NCBI RefSeq assembly: GCF_044704955.1
Contig: NC_091989.1
Location: forward strand, 51,398,001-51,462,000
Reading direction: 5' to 3'
From: Pristiophorus japonicus
Taxonomy: Eukaryota
DNA length: 64,000 nt
The position numbers and the translations under genes were made by a program. The notes beneath the pieces were generated by a model. The model was not told the origin of the DNA. It ran no database searches and worked only from the letters and a program-made list of their open reading frames with translations. Shown piece after piece: positions 1 to 13,732 of this stretch (positions within the stretch are counted from its first letter, which is position 1; the number at the start of each line of letters is the position of its first letter).

Positions 1-1052
1 TCAAAACCTTTCATAATTTTAAAGGTCACCCCTCACCTTTCGTCAAGAGAAAAGAGACCCAGCCTGTTTATCCTTTCCTGATATGTATACCCTCGCATTT
101 CTGGTATCATCCTTGTAAATCTTCTCTGCACCCTCTCCAGTGTGTTTACATCCTTTTTATAATATGGCGACCAGAACTGTACACAATACTCTGTGTGATC
201 TAATCAAGGTTCGATACAGGTTTAGCATAATCTCCCTACTTTTCAATTCTTGGTTTGCTTTTTTTATGGCCTTGCTTAACCTGTGTCGCAACTTTTAGTG
301 ATTTGTGTATTTGTACTCCGAGATCCTTTTGTTCTCTACCCCATCTGGACTCGCACCCTCCAAGTAATAAGTGACCTCCCTATTCTTCCTACCAAAATGA
401 AATACCTCACATTTATCTGTGTTGAACTTCATTTGCCAATTGTATGCCCATTCTGCAAGTTTATTAATGTCCTCCTGTAATTTGTTGCAATCCTCCTCAG
501 TATTGACTATCTCCCCCAATTTGATGTCATCCACAAATTTAGAAATGGTGTTTTGATTCCAAAGTCTAAATCGTTAATATAAATGATAAACAACAGTGGT
601 CCCAGCACTGATCCTTGTAGAACACCACTACCCACCTTATGCCACTGTGAATAGCTACCTTTTACCCCTACTCTCTGCTTTCTGTCTTGAAGCCAGCTAG
701 CTATCCATTCTGCTACTTGTTCCCTGACTCCACATTCTCTGACCTTCATCAGTCTACTATGGGGTATCTTATATGGGGTATCTTATCGAAGGCCTTTTGA
801 AAATCTAAATAAATTACATCTACTGTATTACCATTGTCTACTCTCTCTGTTACCTCCTCAACAAATTCAGTGAGGTTGTTCAAGCAAGACTTTCCCTTTT
901 GAAATCTATGCTGACTATTCATTATTATATTTTTGGTTTCTAGTTTCTCTTCTCTTTTCTCCTTTAATAGGGATTCCATTATTTTTCCTACCACCAATGT
1001 TAAGCTGACTGGTCTGTAATTCCCTGGACATGCTCTATCCCACTTCTTAAGT

Positions 1053-1724
1053 CATCATCGTAGGCAGTCCCTCGAAACGAGGATGACTTACTTCCACGCC
1101 AAAAAGGGATGAGTTCACAGGTATTTCAATGAAGGACCTAATATTCCAGGTCCCAAACTACATCTTGAAGGGTGGAAGATGCCTGTGCGTGGATTTTTTT
1201 AACGTGTGGTGACCATTGCACACCAGCCACCACACGGGCTTGAAGAATGGAAATGACAACTGGAGACCAGCTCTGCTGCACGGACCTCATGCGCACACAT
1301 ATCGCAGTGTGGGCAGGCCCGTGCTGCTCCTGGGCCCTCGCCTCTTCTGGGCCCTGAATTCACGCCTCTCCTGGGCTCCGATCACATCCCTCTACAAACT
1401 TTTACCGCTCCTTCGCCTCGACCTCCCCGCTCCAGCTGTATCTGCCCGCACTGCAATCAGCGACCTAGATTTGGGTGACGTCAAATCGAGTCGCTCTCTT
1501 TGAAGCTATCGACTTCCTGCGGCAGCACGCGCAGCTCCCTGCAGTGGCATGCCGCTGCACGTTGCTCCCTCTAATGGCCCCAGCCTGCTGATGATCTTGC
1601 AGGCCGGGCCCACACCGATTTCTGGGCCAGGTCGCCACATGTTGCTCCCACTAATGGCCCCGGACTGCTGATCAGCAGGCCAGCGCCATTAGAGGGAGCA
1701 ACGTGCAGCGGCCCGGTCCGGAAA
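1053..1724 (-). mobile_element. Non-autonomous RTE-tailed retroposon with (GAT)n tail and inverted 5' segment
   Basis: 3' end gtggaag.aagtcatcctcg...cgagggactgccta matches the RTE end at 52230-52263; TSD TCTTAAGT at 1045-1052 and 1725-1732. Confidence 0.75.
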
Positions 1725-1974
1725 TCTTAAGTATAGGTAGTATGTTAGCTATCTGCCAGTCCCCTTGCACCACACCTTTTTCTAATGAATTATTAAATAT
1801 GTGTAGTAATGCCTCTTCCCTAGTTCTTTTAAAATGCGTGGATGCAATCCATCTGGACCAGGGGTTTTATCCTCTTAGAGTTTGATTAGTTTATTTAATA
1901 TATCCCCTCTTTTTATTTTAAATGCACTTATCTCATTACTAATCTCATCATCCAATGTCATGTCCACCTATTCT

Positions 1975-2119
1975 CATCATCATCATCATAGGCAGTCCCT
2001 CGAATCGAGGATGACTTGTTTCCACGTCAAAAAGTGCACAGGTGTTTCAATGAAGGACCTAAAATTCTAGGTCCCAAACTAAATCTTGAAGGGTGGAAGA
2101 TGCCTGTGCATGGATTTAC
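1975..2119 (-). mobile_element. 5'-truncated copy of the same RTE-tailed element
   Basis: Aligns by eye with 1053-1200; (CAT)5 tail; TSD CCT(A/G)TTCT. Confidence 0.75.
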
Positions 2120-4330
2120 CCTGTTCTATCTTCCTGGTAAATACTGAAGCAAAATAATTATTTAATATTTCTGCCATCTCTCTATTGTTACCTGTGGTAT
2201 TATCCTGTCTATCCCTTAATGGCCCTATTTCCATCCCAACCTTCATTTTTTTAATTGATGTGCCTGTAAAATATTTTGTGATTTTGTTTTATGTTCCTTG
2301 ATAATTTACTTTCATATTTTCTCTTTGTCTTCCTAATTGTTTTTTTGACTTCTCTCCTAATCTCTTCGTATTCTCCCTTATCATGCACTCCTCTGCTGCT
2401 ATGTACTTAATGGATGCCTCTTTCCTTACCCTCAATTGTTCCCTTATGGCTTTATTCATCCATGGAGTCTCATTAGTGTTTAGCTTGTTCTTTCCTTTAT
2501 TGTTCCTGCTGGACACCATTTTAAATGTTTCCCATTACTGTTCTACATTGTTGTTTGCCAATATAGTTGCTCATTTTATTTTCTCTTTTTTAGTTGATTG
2601 TTAATTGTTAAATTTAAAGCTGACCTTTCAGAGAATAGAAGAATACATTGGCATTCTCCTTACAGTTCAGGCACTTTCCCAATATTTTAAACTGTGTTCA
2701 CCGTAAAAAGGCAGTTTCCACAAGGAACCCAATCTCGTATGAGCTGAAGACTACACCCTTATGCATGTCCTGAATGGGATAGTGTGACACCATATCAGCT
2801 AACCGCTATATTCGCTATCTCTTTCCAATATGTCTTACTATCAGATCATCACAATTCGGCCAATATAATGGTTCCATTTATTTACAAATCAGCTAATTAC
2901 ACAGAAGCAGAAAAAAGCAACAAGTAACCAACAGGACAATAGGGACTTAAACAATATTTAGTCTATTCCAAAAACAATAGAATCTAAAATCTTTTCAATA
3001 ATTTCCAACTGAGTTAAGTGGATGTCACTTGTGGAATAGACAGTGCCAAACATGGAAATAAAGATTATAGGGGGAAATAGCTCATACAATTTTCTTAGAC
3101 TGCTAATGTTCCATCTCAAGATAATATAGATTCTTCTCAATGGTCAGACAGTTAAGATTTTAATTATTTTTAGTTCTCATATATTTGTCAATGCAGGTTA
3201 AAATGGGTACCTGAGGGTTTAGCCACTACAGATAATGAATGCCAACTCCTTCCCTCATACATTACCATCCCTGACATCTTCTGATGCAATTAATTTATGA
3301 ATACAGGCAACAGCACCAAACAAGGGAGACTAGTTCGGACAGATGGCACTTATTGAAATACAACTCAAACAAGAGAGCTTTGTGTATTGACTGGCCTGTG
3401 GCTCCCAGAGATAAAGAAATTCTGTGTCTCAAATACAGCTAACTAAATCCAATTTCTAATCCACATTACTCTGTCCATCCAAATTTATATAAAAATTATA
3501 ATAAAGCACTTATGCAGAAGCAGAACGGAACTCTACTCATGCTACATTTCCCATAGTCCAGTAAAGAAATTTTCACTTTTCTCCAGATATATGTGTCCTC
3601 CATATTGAAAATCTAAATGGAGATTATTTTTTGTACATTAGATTTTATAGCAGGTTAGAGCTGGTGACAGCTATAATAAGAGATATCTCACAAATTTAGC
3701 CCTGAGAAATTTGAGCCTAAATCATGTTTTATGAACTCTGGATTGGAAAATGATGACAATCTCTGCAGTGAAACTTTTGCAGAGAAGGGTGGAGAATCCA
3801 GATAGATAATAACACGAATGTAGGAGAAGTGATGTATGAAGCTTCATCGCTCATATTTTGTGTGGACTTTAGTACCAGTGCAGATTGTTAAGGTGCAGCA
3901 GGAAAATATAACTCATTTTTAATAAGCTTTGTTGTACTTTGAATAATGGGACTGACTAACTCTAATGATTAGATAAATCACAGAAAAATGTTTTATTGTT
4001 CGGTATAAAATAGAAAACATATCACAGCGAAATATCCAAACCGTAGCAACATCAGTATTAAAAGATTTGTCATGTCTCATAAAATCCATTGCTAAGGACC
4101 AAGATTTATTTGTTTATGCAGTTTGTATTTGCAATAAAACCACCATAGTACAATCTATAGTATATATAAAATATCTTGTAAATACTTCCTCTTATCATGA
4201 ATTTTGGTCATTCTTTTTGTGTCAACATCTTACTATGTAATGCTATGTAATTTAACACTGAAAACCCCATTATAATGGGAATTCCTTAAACAGGCTTAAG
4301 TGACAGCGAAATTACAGGTTGTGGCAATTA

Positions 4331-5027
4331 GGGGATTCCTGTACGGGCTGCTCTTGCACACTCTCCACTTTGCCATCCTCGTCTGCCGTCCGGACACGCC
4401 ATGGCGCACCATCCTGCCGTCCGGAGGAGGCGGGAGTCCCCAATGGAATGCTCTCTACGCGGGAGTCCTCCCTTTATTTATTGGGGACTTAGCCTGGAGG
4501 GTGTTACACAGGGCAGTCCCGTGCAATCGGTTTTTAAGTCGGTTCACGGACTCCCAGGCCGCCTGCAATTCCTGCGATCTGGAAAAGTCTGTGTTCTATG
4601 TTTATGTTGAATGTGTGAGGTTGCAGCCTCTGTTCCAATATTTGAAAGGGCTGCTCCTTAAATTCTGGTTGCACTTCAGTCCCATGCTCCTGATCTTTGG
4701 GCATCCTGTGCGGAGGGAAGTGGGCAGGTCGGAAGGCCTCCTCGTAGGACTGCTCCTGGGCATGGCCAAGGTGGCCATTAACCGGTTCAGCCCGACTGCC
4801 TACCTCTCTTCCGCGGTTATGTTCAAGCCAGGGTGTCCCTGGAGATGGAGCACGCTGTGTCCACTAGTATGCTCGCGGCCTTCGGGACACCGGACTGGAG
4901 TGCATCATCACCCCCGGCAATCAAATTTTAACTTGACCATTTATTGTTTAAAAAGTTTTATTGGTTAATTTGTTGGTTTTAGTGCTCCTTTAATAAGGGG
5001 GCACGATTTATAGGTTCAACTAAAATA
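4331..5027 (+). mobile_element. 5'-truncated Tx1-clade LINE
   Basis: ORF 4300-4968 is homologous to the element at 62090-64000 (CxxC...C zinc region, HFSP.LLIFGHPV); TSD GTTGTGG(C/T)AATTA at 4318-4330 and 5028-5040. Confidence 0.85.
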
Positions 5028-5267
5028 GTTGTGGTAATTAAGTGGCACTGTAGCTCCACTGTATCCTGTACCATTATACCTTCTGATACCCCATGAGCAA
5101 GAGGTAATTTTACAAGTCTACACTGCAAGTGCAAAGTTTAGCTCATACTTTTAATTCAGGCGAATAGTCCACAATTATCTAAACATTTTGATGAGACAGT
5201 CATGGGCTGCAAGCACCCAAAGTCAGCTTCTATTCTCTTTTCCGGGTTTCACCACAGCTGACTAGAG

Positions 5268-5762
5268 GACTCAAGGATCTATCCTTGGCTCCCTCCTAAT
5301 TCTCATCTGCACGTTGCCCCTTGGCGACATCATCCGAAAACACAGCGTCAGTTTCCACATGTACGCAGGTAATATCCAGCTGTATCTCAGTATCACTTCT
5401 CTTGAACTCTCCTCAGTCTCTAAATTGTCAGATTGCTTGTCTGACATCCAATTCTGGATGAGCAAAAATTTTCTCCAATTGAATATTGGGAAGACCGAAG
5501 CCATTGTTTTTGGTCCCCACCATAAACTCCGTTCCCTAGCCCCAACTTCTGTCTGAGGCTGAACCAGACTGTGCACAACCTTGGTGTCGTATTTGACCCT
5601 GAAATTCGTTTTTGACCACATATCCACAGCATTACTAAGACCACTTATCTTCACCTCCGTAACATCACCCACTTCCGCCCTTGCCTCAGCTCATCAGCTG
5701 CTGAAGCCTCCTCTGTGCCCCTGTTACCTCTATTCCAATGCATGCCTGGCTGGCCTCCCACA
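5268..5762 (+). mobile_element. L2-clade LINE RT fragment
   Basis: QGSILG, LPLGDIIRKHSVSFHMYAGNIQLY (decayed YADD), WMSKNFLQLNIGKTE. Confidence 0.8.
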
Positions 5763-5771
5763 TTTATATTA

Positions 5772-5935
5772 GTTTAAACGTCTCATCCAAAAGACAGCAC
5801 CTCTGACAGTGCAGCATTCCCTCAGTTCCGCTAATGAGTATCAACCTAGGATTTTTTGGTTAAGTCTCTGGAGTGGGACTTGAACCCACATCCTTCTGAC
5901 TTAGAAGTGAGAATGCTATCAACTGAGCCAGGTCT
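5772..5935 (-). mobile_element. tRNA-derived SINE head (SacSINE1/DeuSINE-like)
   Basis: Minus strand A box TGGCTCAGTTG and B box GGTTCAAGTCC; same family as 55925-56662. Confidence 0.75.
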
Positions 5936-6099
5936 GACACTCTAGGTTGACCTGATGGTCAATAACATACACCTAACATTAGTTTGGATTTTTTTCTTTA
6001 AATCAGTGATGACAATCCAGAGTATTTCATTTGTAGATTTTTGCAACTTCTGTTACTTCCTATTAATCCCTGGCATGTCAGGCCATACCACCTCTTTTT

Positions 6100-7720
6100 G
6101 TTCATTATGCCATTTCTGATATTTCTACCACATCATAGTTCTCTACTGTCATAACAGCCTCCAGTTCTGGCAATGTATTTCTAATGCTTCTAATCTTATT
6201 ATAAATTTGCCTTCTCTTGCTTTTCCCAGTGTCTATTTCTGGTCTTTGGTTTGTGTGTCTCTCTGGGTATGTGTGTCCATGGTGACAGCCTTTTACCCTA
6301 TTCTGAGATCAGGTTTACTTCTTGCCCTCCCCCCCATCTGTTGACATGGTGATTTTCTATTGCTGCTTCAATGTCCTCACAAATGTAATTGTCCTTTCTT
6401 GGTTTAAGAGTGCCCCATCCATCCTATGACAGTCCTTTTTATTCTGTAAGGATTCTCAGCTCTTTATGAAGGTAGCATTGTTGCACGAATACCATGTTAA
6501 CAGTCATTCATTTATCTTAATATTTTTTGTGAACTCTCCTCATTTCCCAAATACTAGAAGTATAGCAGATGACATTAATTTGCATCCACTTCCTTTGAAG
6601 TTTGAGCCAATTCTCATATATGGCTTTTAGAGCCCACAGAGTGTCATTTTCCCTAATATGGACTACATCACCTGGGTCCCATCTATCCCCTTCAATATCC
6701 CTTCTAACCAATATGTACTACACTAGCTTTGGTAGTCAGCTCACTATCCGGTAGGCATTGTTTTTGCACCATACATGACTCTGCACTTTCCTGAGCAAAT
6801 AATTGTCTATGCCTGCAATGTCTCTGTGAACTGGAAAGTGCATCTTGATCCAGGCTGTAGTCTTTGGTTAATCTAGCTATCTTGGTTTTGGAATATTGGA
6901 CAGTGCCTGCTATCTATTCACTGATGTAATCTCTTGGGTATGTACACAGGGCTTCCTACCTTTCACCAATCTCCATTACCCTGTCTTTTTTTTTTAAAAA
7001 GCATGAGTGCCTCGGTCATAAAAATTGTCCCCGATTGTACTAATCTCTAATCTCTGAATACTCACTCTCAAAGTCTGCTGTTAACCTAAGCATATTATGT
7101 ACCTGGGATTCACTTATTGACTCAAATAGGATCAATTCACCCTTAAAAATCCCCTCGCTTCTGTCTGCCCTTGTAATTCCTGTACCTCACTCTATGGCCA
7201 GATCTCTTCCTTTAAGCTTACGATTAAAAACAGTTTTTGCATCTCTTAGCTCCTCTATTGTATATTCCTTTCTCATTAGTGAGTATCCCACAGCAACCAC
7301 ACTTCAGTCTCCATCTTAATTTTCCTTCTCTCAGCTGTTTCTCTTTCTGGTTATATTTCTCCTGTTGCCCACTTTTGGTTTAACTATTTTTACCCCAGGT
7401 GTTCTCTTGATTTTCACTTCTGTCAGGTATTTTGTCTCAATTCTCTCGGGTATTATTTTAGTTGGTTTATCAAGCTGGTTCCCTTCAAATTCTACTTCAC
7501 ACATACGTGAACTCTTTCACCTTCGGTCCTCGCCTCTGCACCCGTATAACTTTAACTTGGGCATTTTCCCATTAAATCTACTTATTCCTATGCTCCAATT
7601 TAAGAAAGTACCTGGAGGTATTGATCTCCTTTTTCCCCTGCTTTGTTACTCTACCCAATTGCTGAAACGTCACACTGTTTGGAGGCTTTGGAGACACAAG
7701 TGATTGCTCAAATCAAAGCT
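6100..7720 (-). mobile_element. Possible highly decayed L1-clade ORF2 remnant
   Basis: Minus-strand peptides SIPPGTFLKL and ISRFNGKMPKLKL resemble the L1 post-RT region; no open frame; boundaries uncertain. Confidence 0.3.
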
Positions 7721-7759
7721 TACCTTTTACCAATTTAGACAACTCCCGATGGAGTCTGT

Positions 7760-10668
7760 GGTCCTACAAGCTGAATTTAGGGAGCTAGGAGTTAAATTTT
7801 AAAAAGTAGGACCTCAAAAAGGTAGTAATCTCAGGATTGCTACCAGTGCCACGTGCTAGTCAGAGTAGGAATAGCAGGATAGCTCAGATGAATACACGGC
7901 TTGAGGAGTGGTGCAAGGGGAAGGGATTCAAATTCCTGGGACATTGGAACCGGTTCTGGGGAAGGTGGGACCAGTACAAACTGGACGGTCTGTACCTGGG
8001 CAGGACCGGAACCGATGTCCTAGGTGGAGTGTTTGCTAGTGTTGTCGGGAAGGGTTTACACTAATATGGCAGGGGGATGGGAATCTATGCAGGGAGGCAG
8101 AAGGAAGTAAAAAGGGGGCAGAATCAAAAAGGTAGGAAGGAGAAAAGCAAGAGTGGAGGGCAGAGAAATCAAGGGCAAAAATCAAAAAGGGCCACATTAC
8201 AGCATAATTCTAAAAAGGACAAAGTGTTAAAAAAAAACAAGCCTGAAGGCTCGGAGTCTCTGTGCAAGAAGCATTCCTAATAAGGTGGATGAATTAACTG
8301 CGCAGATAGCTGTTAACGGATATGATGTAATTGGGATTCCAGAGACATGGCTCCAGGGTAACCAAGGCTGGGAACGCAACATCCAGGGGTATTCAATATT
8401 CAGGAAGGAAAAGGAGGTGGGTAGCGTTACTGATTAAAGAGATTAATGCAATAGTAAGGAAGAACACTAGCTTGGATGATGTGGAATCTATATGGGTAGA
8501 GCTGCAAGCACCAAAGGGCAGAAAACGTTAATGGGAGTTGTGTACAGACCACCAAACAGTAGTAGGGAGGTTGGGGATGGCATCAAACAGGAAATTAGGG
8601 ATGCATGCAATAAGGGTACAGCAGTTATCATGGATGACTTTAATCTACATATTGATTGGGCTAACCAAACTGATAGCAATACGGTGGAGGAGGATTTCCT
8701 GGAGTGTATTAGGGATGGTTTTCTAGACCAATAAGTCGAGGAACCAACTAGAGGGCAGGCCATCCTAGACTGGGTCTTGTATAATGAGAAGATTAATTAG
8801 CAATCTGGTCGTGCGAGGCCCCTTGGGGAAGAGTGGCCATAATATGGTAGAATTCTTTAAGATGGAGAGTGACAATTAATTCAGAGACTAGGGTCCTGAA
8901 CTTAAAAAAGGGTAACTTCGAGGGTATGAGACGTGAATTGGCTAGGATAGACTGGCGAATGATACTTAAAGGGCCGACGGTGGATAGGCAATGGTAGACA
9001 TTTAAAGATCACATAGATGAACTTCAACAATTGTACATCCCTGTCTGGCGTAAAAATAAAAAGGGGAAGGTGGCTCAACTGTGGCTAACAAGGGAAATTA
9101 GGGAGTGTTAAATCCAAGGAAGAGGCATATAAATTGACCAGAAAAAGCAGCAGTGTCCCAGAAATAGTGGATGCATTGGTGATCATTTTCCAACATTCCA
9201 TAGACTCTGGATCAGTTCCTATGGATTGGAGGGTAGCTAATGTAACCCCACTTTTTAAAAAAAAAAAAGGAGGGAGAGAAAACAGGGAATTATAGACTGG
9301 TTAGCCGGACATCGGTAGTGGGGAAAATGTTGGAATCAATTATTAAAGATGTAATAGCAGTACATTTGGAAAGCGGTGACAGGATCGGTCCAAGTCAGCA
9401 TGGATTTATGAAAGGGAAATCATGCTTGACAAATCTTCTAGAATTTTGAGGATGTAACTAGCAGAGTGGACAAGGGAGAACCAGTGGATGTAGTATATTT
9501 GGACTTTCAAAAGGCTTTTGATAAGGTCCCACAAAAGAGATTAGTGTGCAAAATTAAAGCACATGGTATTGGGGGTAATGTATTGACGTGGATAGAGAAC
9601 TGGTTGGCATTCAGGAAGCAAAGAGTAGGAATAAATGGGTCCTTTTCAGAATGGCAGGCAGTGACTGGTGGAGTGCCGCAAGGTTCAGTGCTGGGACCCC
9701 AGCTATTTACAATATACATTCATGATTTAGATGAAGGAATTGAATGTACTATCTCCAAGTTTGCAGATGACACTAAGCTGGGTGGCAGTGAGAGCTGTGA
9801 GGAGGATGCTAAGAGGCTGCAAGGTGACTTGGACAGGTTAGGTGAGTGGGCAAATGCATGGCAGATGCAGTATAATGTGGATAAATGTGAGGTTATCCAC
9901 TTTGGTGGCAAAATCATGAAGGCAGAATATTATCTGAATGGTGACAGATTAGGAAAAGGGGGAGGTGCAACGAGACCTGGGTGTCATGATACATCAGTCA
10001 TTGAAAGTTGGCATGCAGGTACAACAGGCGGTGAAAGCGGCAAATGGCATGTTGGCCTTCATAGTGAGAGGATGAGAGTTTTGGAGCAGGGAGGTCTTAC
10101 TACAGTTGTACAGGGCCTTGGTGAGGCCACACCTTGAATATTGTGTACAGTTTTGATGTCCTAATCTGAAGAAGGACATTCTTGCTATTGAGAGAGTGCA
10201 GCGAAGATTCACGGGATGGCAGGACTGACATAAGAAAGACTGGATCGACTAGGCTTATATTCATTGGAATTAAGAATGAGAGGGGATCTTATAGAAACAT
10301 AAAATTCTGACAGGATGGGACAGGTTAGATGCAGGAAGAATGTTCCCGATGTTGGGGAAGTCCAGAACCAGGGGTCACAGTCTAAGGATAAGGGGTAAGT
10401 AAGCCATTTAGGATTGAGATGAGGAGAAACTTCTTCACTCAGAATTGTGAACCTGTGGAATTCTCTACCACAGAAAGTTGTTGAGGCCAGTTTGTTAGAT
10501 GTATTCAAAAGGGAGTTAGATGTGGCCCTTACAGCTAAAGGGATCAAGGGGTATGGAGAGAAAGCAGGAATGGGGTACTGAAGTTGCATGATCAGCCATG
10601 ATGATTTTAAATGGTGGTGACGGCTCGAAGGGCTGAATGGCCTACTCCTGCACCTACTTTCTATGTTT
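7760..10668 (+). mobile_element. CR1 LINE, internally deleted: ORF1 esterase (SGNH-like) remnant, AP-endonuclease, RT, 3' UTR
   Basis: LLPVPRA...WNRFWGRWDQYKLDGL (ORF1); GVVYRPPNS and IMDDFN (EN); PQGSVLGP and KFADDTKL (RT); tail cctactttctatgtt; deletion near 9150. Confidence 0.93.
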
Positions 10669-13490
10669 TCATTTAATTCTGTTGGTATCTGAGTTTTTCA
10701 CTACCTGCATCATGATGTTTATCAATGCATTTGAAACTTTGTGGGAGCCCCCGAAGCAGCTGCTATGTCGTTGGGCTGGAAGTGGAAACTCTTGTAATAC
10801 CGTATCACATTTGCATCTGAAATTGCCCATAATTTAGTACTAAATTAATAAGCGCAGAGATAAAAGTGCATCGAGTGTGGAGAAGGTAAAGGAGCACATT
10901 GATGCTGTAGCTGGCATGCTAAGATTTATTTTACCTGTTACTGATGCTTAGAAATACTGGGTACAAACGCCAACAGACAGTTGCATTGCTGACATTCACC
11001 TTGATAAACAAAAATGAAATTATAACTCAAATATGCATACAAGGTCCTAACTGTACCTGTAGTCTACCCTCCAACTAGATCACTATTCTTTGTCTACAGA
11101 AACCAGTTGCTGAGCAGATTAGGATCAAAATGAGCTGCAACATGCATGAAGAATTTTCCAGTGCCCCATGGAACTGTTTTTACAAAGATAGACCATGTGC
11201 AAAAAAAGCTCAGTGGCAAACAATGAGCTTTCCTACAATATATCTGCTCTCTTATTGCTGCTCCCTTGCTAAAAACAATACATTTTGAACATGAGCAACT
11301 TCAGATTTAATACTACTTCCATATTTCTGTAGCAACACATGTAGCCCAGAATCTTGCATAGCTGGTGTACATCCATTGTCCTATCGTATGAGGAGCTAGA
11401 TTTAAAAAATCAGCTCATGAAAGATCTGCTGGTTATGTAGTCACCTTGTGGACTCTTGCCCCTCTTAACATTAGCAGAGATTTAGCCAGGGGATTAGGGA
11501 TGATGCAGAAGACATGAAAATCACAAGTCGTCATGTGTCCCCTACCTTGCCTATACTTTGGAGTTATGAGGGAAAACTGATTTTAAGATGGTGAAATATA
11601 CATTTTAAACCACACAATGACTTCATTTAGGATTTTATTAAGAATAAAACTTCAAATTTAGATACCACCTCATTTTTACACAGTATCAGTCCTGCCAACA
11701 ACTATGACGAACTGAAGTGAGAGTAAAAGTATGGCAAATAGAACAGCATAACCACCGCTTTCCTCCCCTGCATTTCCAGACATATTTCGAATTTCTTATA
11801 TTTTTGTTGTTGAGCCTTAATCAAATTGAGAACATCAGCTCCCTGCCCCCACCCAGATAATCATTTAAATCAAAAGATGTACAACCATACCACTGCTCCT
11901 AACTCAGCCTCAAATGAATGGCAATAATGGATAAATCTACAGCAGTGTTGGGCTCTTTGGAGTTGAAGTTTGGGGCAAGATAAACCAAGCACAATTGCAA
12001 CCATTCCCCTATGTATTTTACACATCAATAAAAGCGAGTCAAATTTTATTTTACCCACTACTGAAAGCTTAAAGATCACACATGCATGAAGTACAGGAGT
12101 TACCGGGTAAAGGGCAGGAGGAATGGGATTAGCTGAAGTGCTCTTGCAGAGAGCCAGCACAGATTCGACAGGCCAAATGGCCTCCTTCTCTGCTGTAACC
12201 ATTCTACGATTCTAGTTCAGTGAATGATGTGCTGTGGGGGTGGGGGGGGGGGGGGTGTGTGGAGATGTGAGGTTGGGGAGGGTGGAAGTGGGGAAGCACA
12301 CACATTTTGCTTTGGTTAGGAAAGTTACCCAAGAAATGCCATAGATGAACAACAGCCAGTGTTACTCAAATTCAGTTCGTACCCAAAATGTACTTCAGTA
12401 CCTAAAATTGGCAAGTTATAGGATTACAAACTTGCTACTGTAAAATTATGAAAAAGTACAAGTGTTTGATTTAAAAACAGACTGCCCATGTCACTTAATA
12501 GTAAACTTAGCACCAGTTTGACAGTAGGCAGCCTGCAACACAAATGACAAGATTAACAAATACAGTTGTGCAACACTGTTACAACAAACTTAGGTCTCAT
12601 ATTTAGCAAATCAAGAAACCATGCAGTCTCCTGTATTGAAGAAAATGCAATTACAGTAAGGGCGTGTAACTACGATATGTCGTAATTTGGCATTAAAGTC
12701 CTGTTACAAGCAAAAATAACCACATTTACAGAATAAAAATTTACACAACAAACCCAAACTACATACACAGGAAAAATACATTTAAAGAAAACAAACAATT
12801 TGTGCTACTTTTGAAAAATAATTTTATGTTGTAGCTATCTTCAAGTTTCTACTAATCATAAATGCTTATAAAACCCAGGTACATGAACTGCTCCTGAAGC
12901 ACCATTACACCCCAAGTACAGAGAAGTGAACAGCAAAATATTAAGTTGAGGGTCAATGAATAAATGAAGTTTACAGTGAGGAGATGCTGCAGATATTTTA
13001 ACTAATCCACCTTATCTAAAACAGATTTCATTGGATTCTTCCTCCAGTCATCGGACCAATAATCTTAATTTTCAGTCTTTGCAAACTAGATCTTGTGGTT
13101 GGCATCTTATATACAAGTATTAATGTACATTTTTTTTTTAAAAACAAACGTTTTGATTCTCAAACACTTTAGAAAAATTCTACACAATTTTATAATCCTG
13201 TTAAAATTAAAACCAGGGCACAATATAAAAGTAATAGCCAATTAAAAATATTGAGTAAGGCCGCAATTGTACAAATACAATGATTAAATTTAGGTTCAAA
13301 TGATTTTATTAATTAAGCTTATATGATATAATTGGGTGGCTTTGCAATAGCACAGTAAATGTTATATATTTGCAATAATCCAAATACATTTAAGTGATGG
13401 GCAGAAGACACTATTCCACTGTCAACATACAAAGATGCAATACAAAACACTGCAAACCAGGGTGTGCTCCCTTTTATTAACCTTCTCCAT

Positions 13491-13732
13491 TCAAGGAGAA
13501 GGTGATGCTGTTGTATCTGCTGTTGCTAGATTACTGAACAGCAGTTTTCGCAGAATGCCAGAGTAAAATGGCCCATACACCTGTATGTTGTATTTAATAA
13601 TACAGACATATTGGGATCCAATCTCCTCCAGTTCAGCTTGAATGGGTGCAAGACCTCCTGGAATAACTGAAACAGTCTTCTGCAGATTTGATACACTGAG
13701 CAAATTTCTTATGTACAGCTCAATCCGGTTAT
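13491..13732 (-). CDS. TCP11L2: TCP11L2 last coding exon ([11 protein letters not shown]...[12 protein letters not shown]...[16 protein letters not shown]...SPSP*)
   Basis: actttcag|AT; TGA at 13493-13491; AT-rich 3' UTR follows with AATAAA candidates (plus-strand tttatt near 13473, 13305, 12045). Confidence 0.95.

Larger units (their letters stand above)
1..2590 (-). mobile_element. Decayed CR1-clade LINE (RT region), interrupted by two RTE-tailed insertions
   Basis: ORF fragments [32 protein letters not shown] in shifted frames. Confidence 0.9.

Noticed and set aside
2620-2880. Possible minus-strand exon of a downstream gene such as POLR3B
   Set aside because: Stops in all frames over the interval and no similarity to any protein I recognise
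5860-5935. tRNA-like A and B boxes
   Set aside because: No cloverleaf; continues into a SINE body repeated at 56.2 kb
11090-11290. Plus-strand acceptor followed by a ~60-codon open frame
   Set aside because: No recognisable homology and no partner exons
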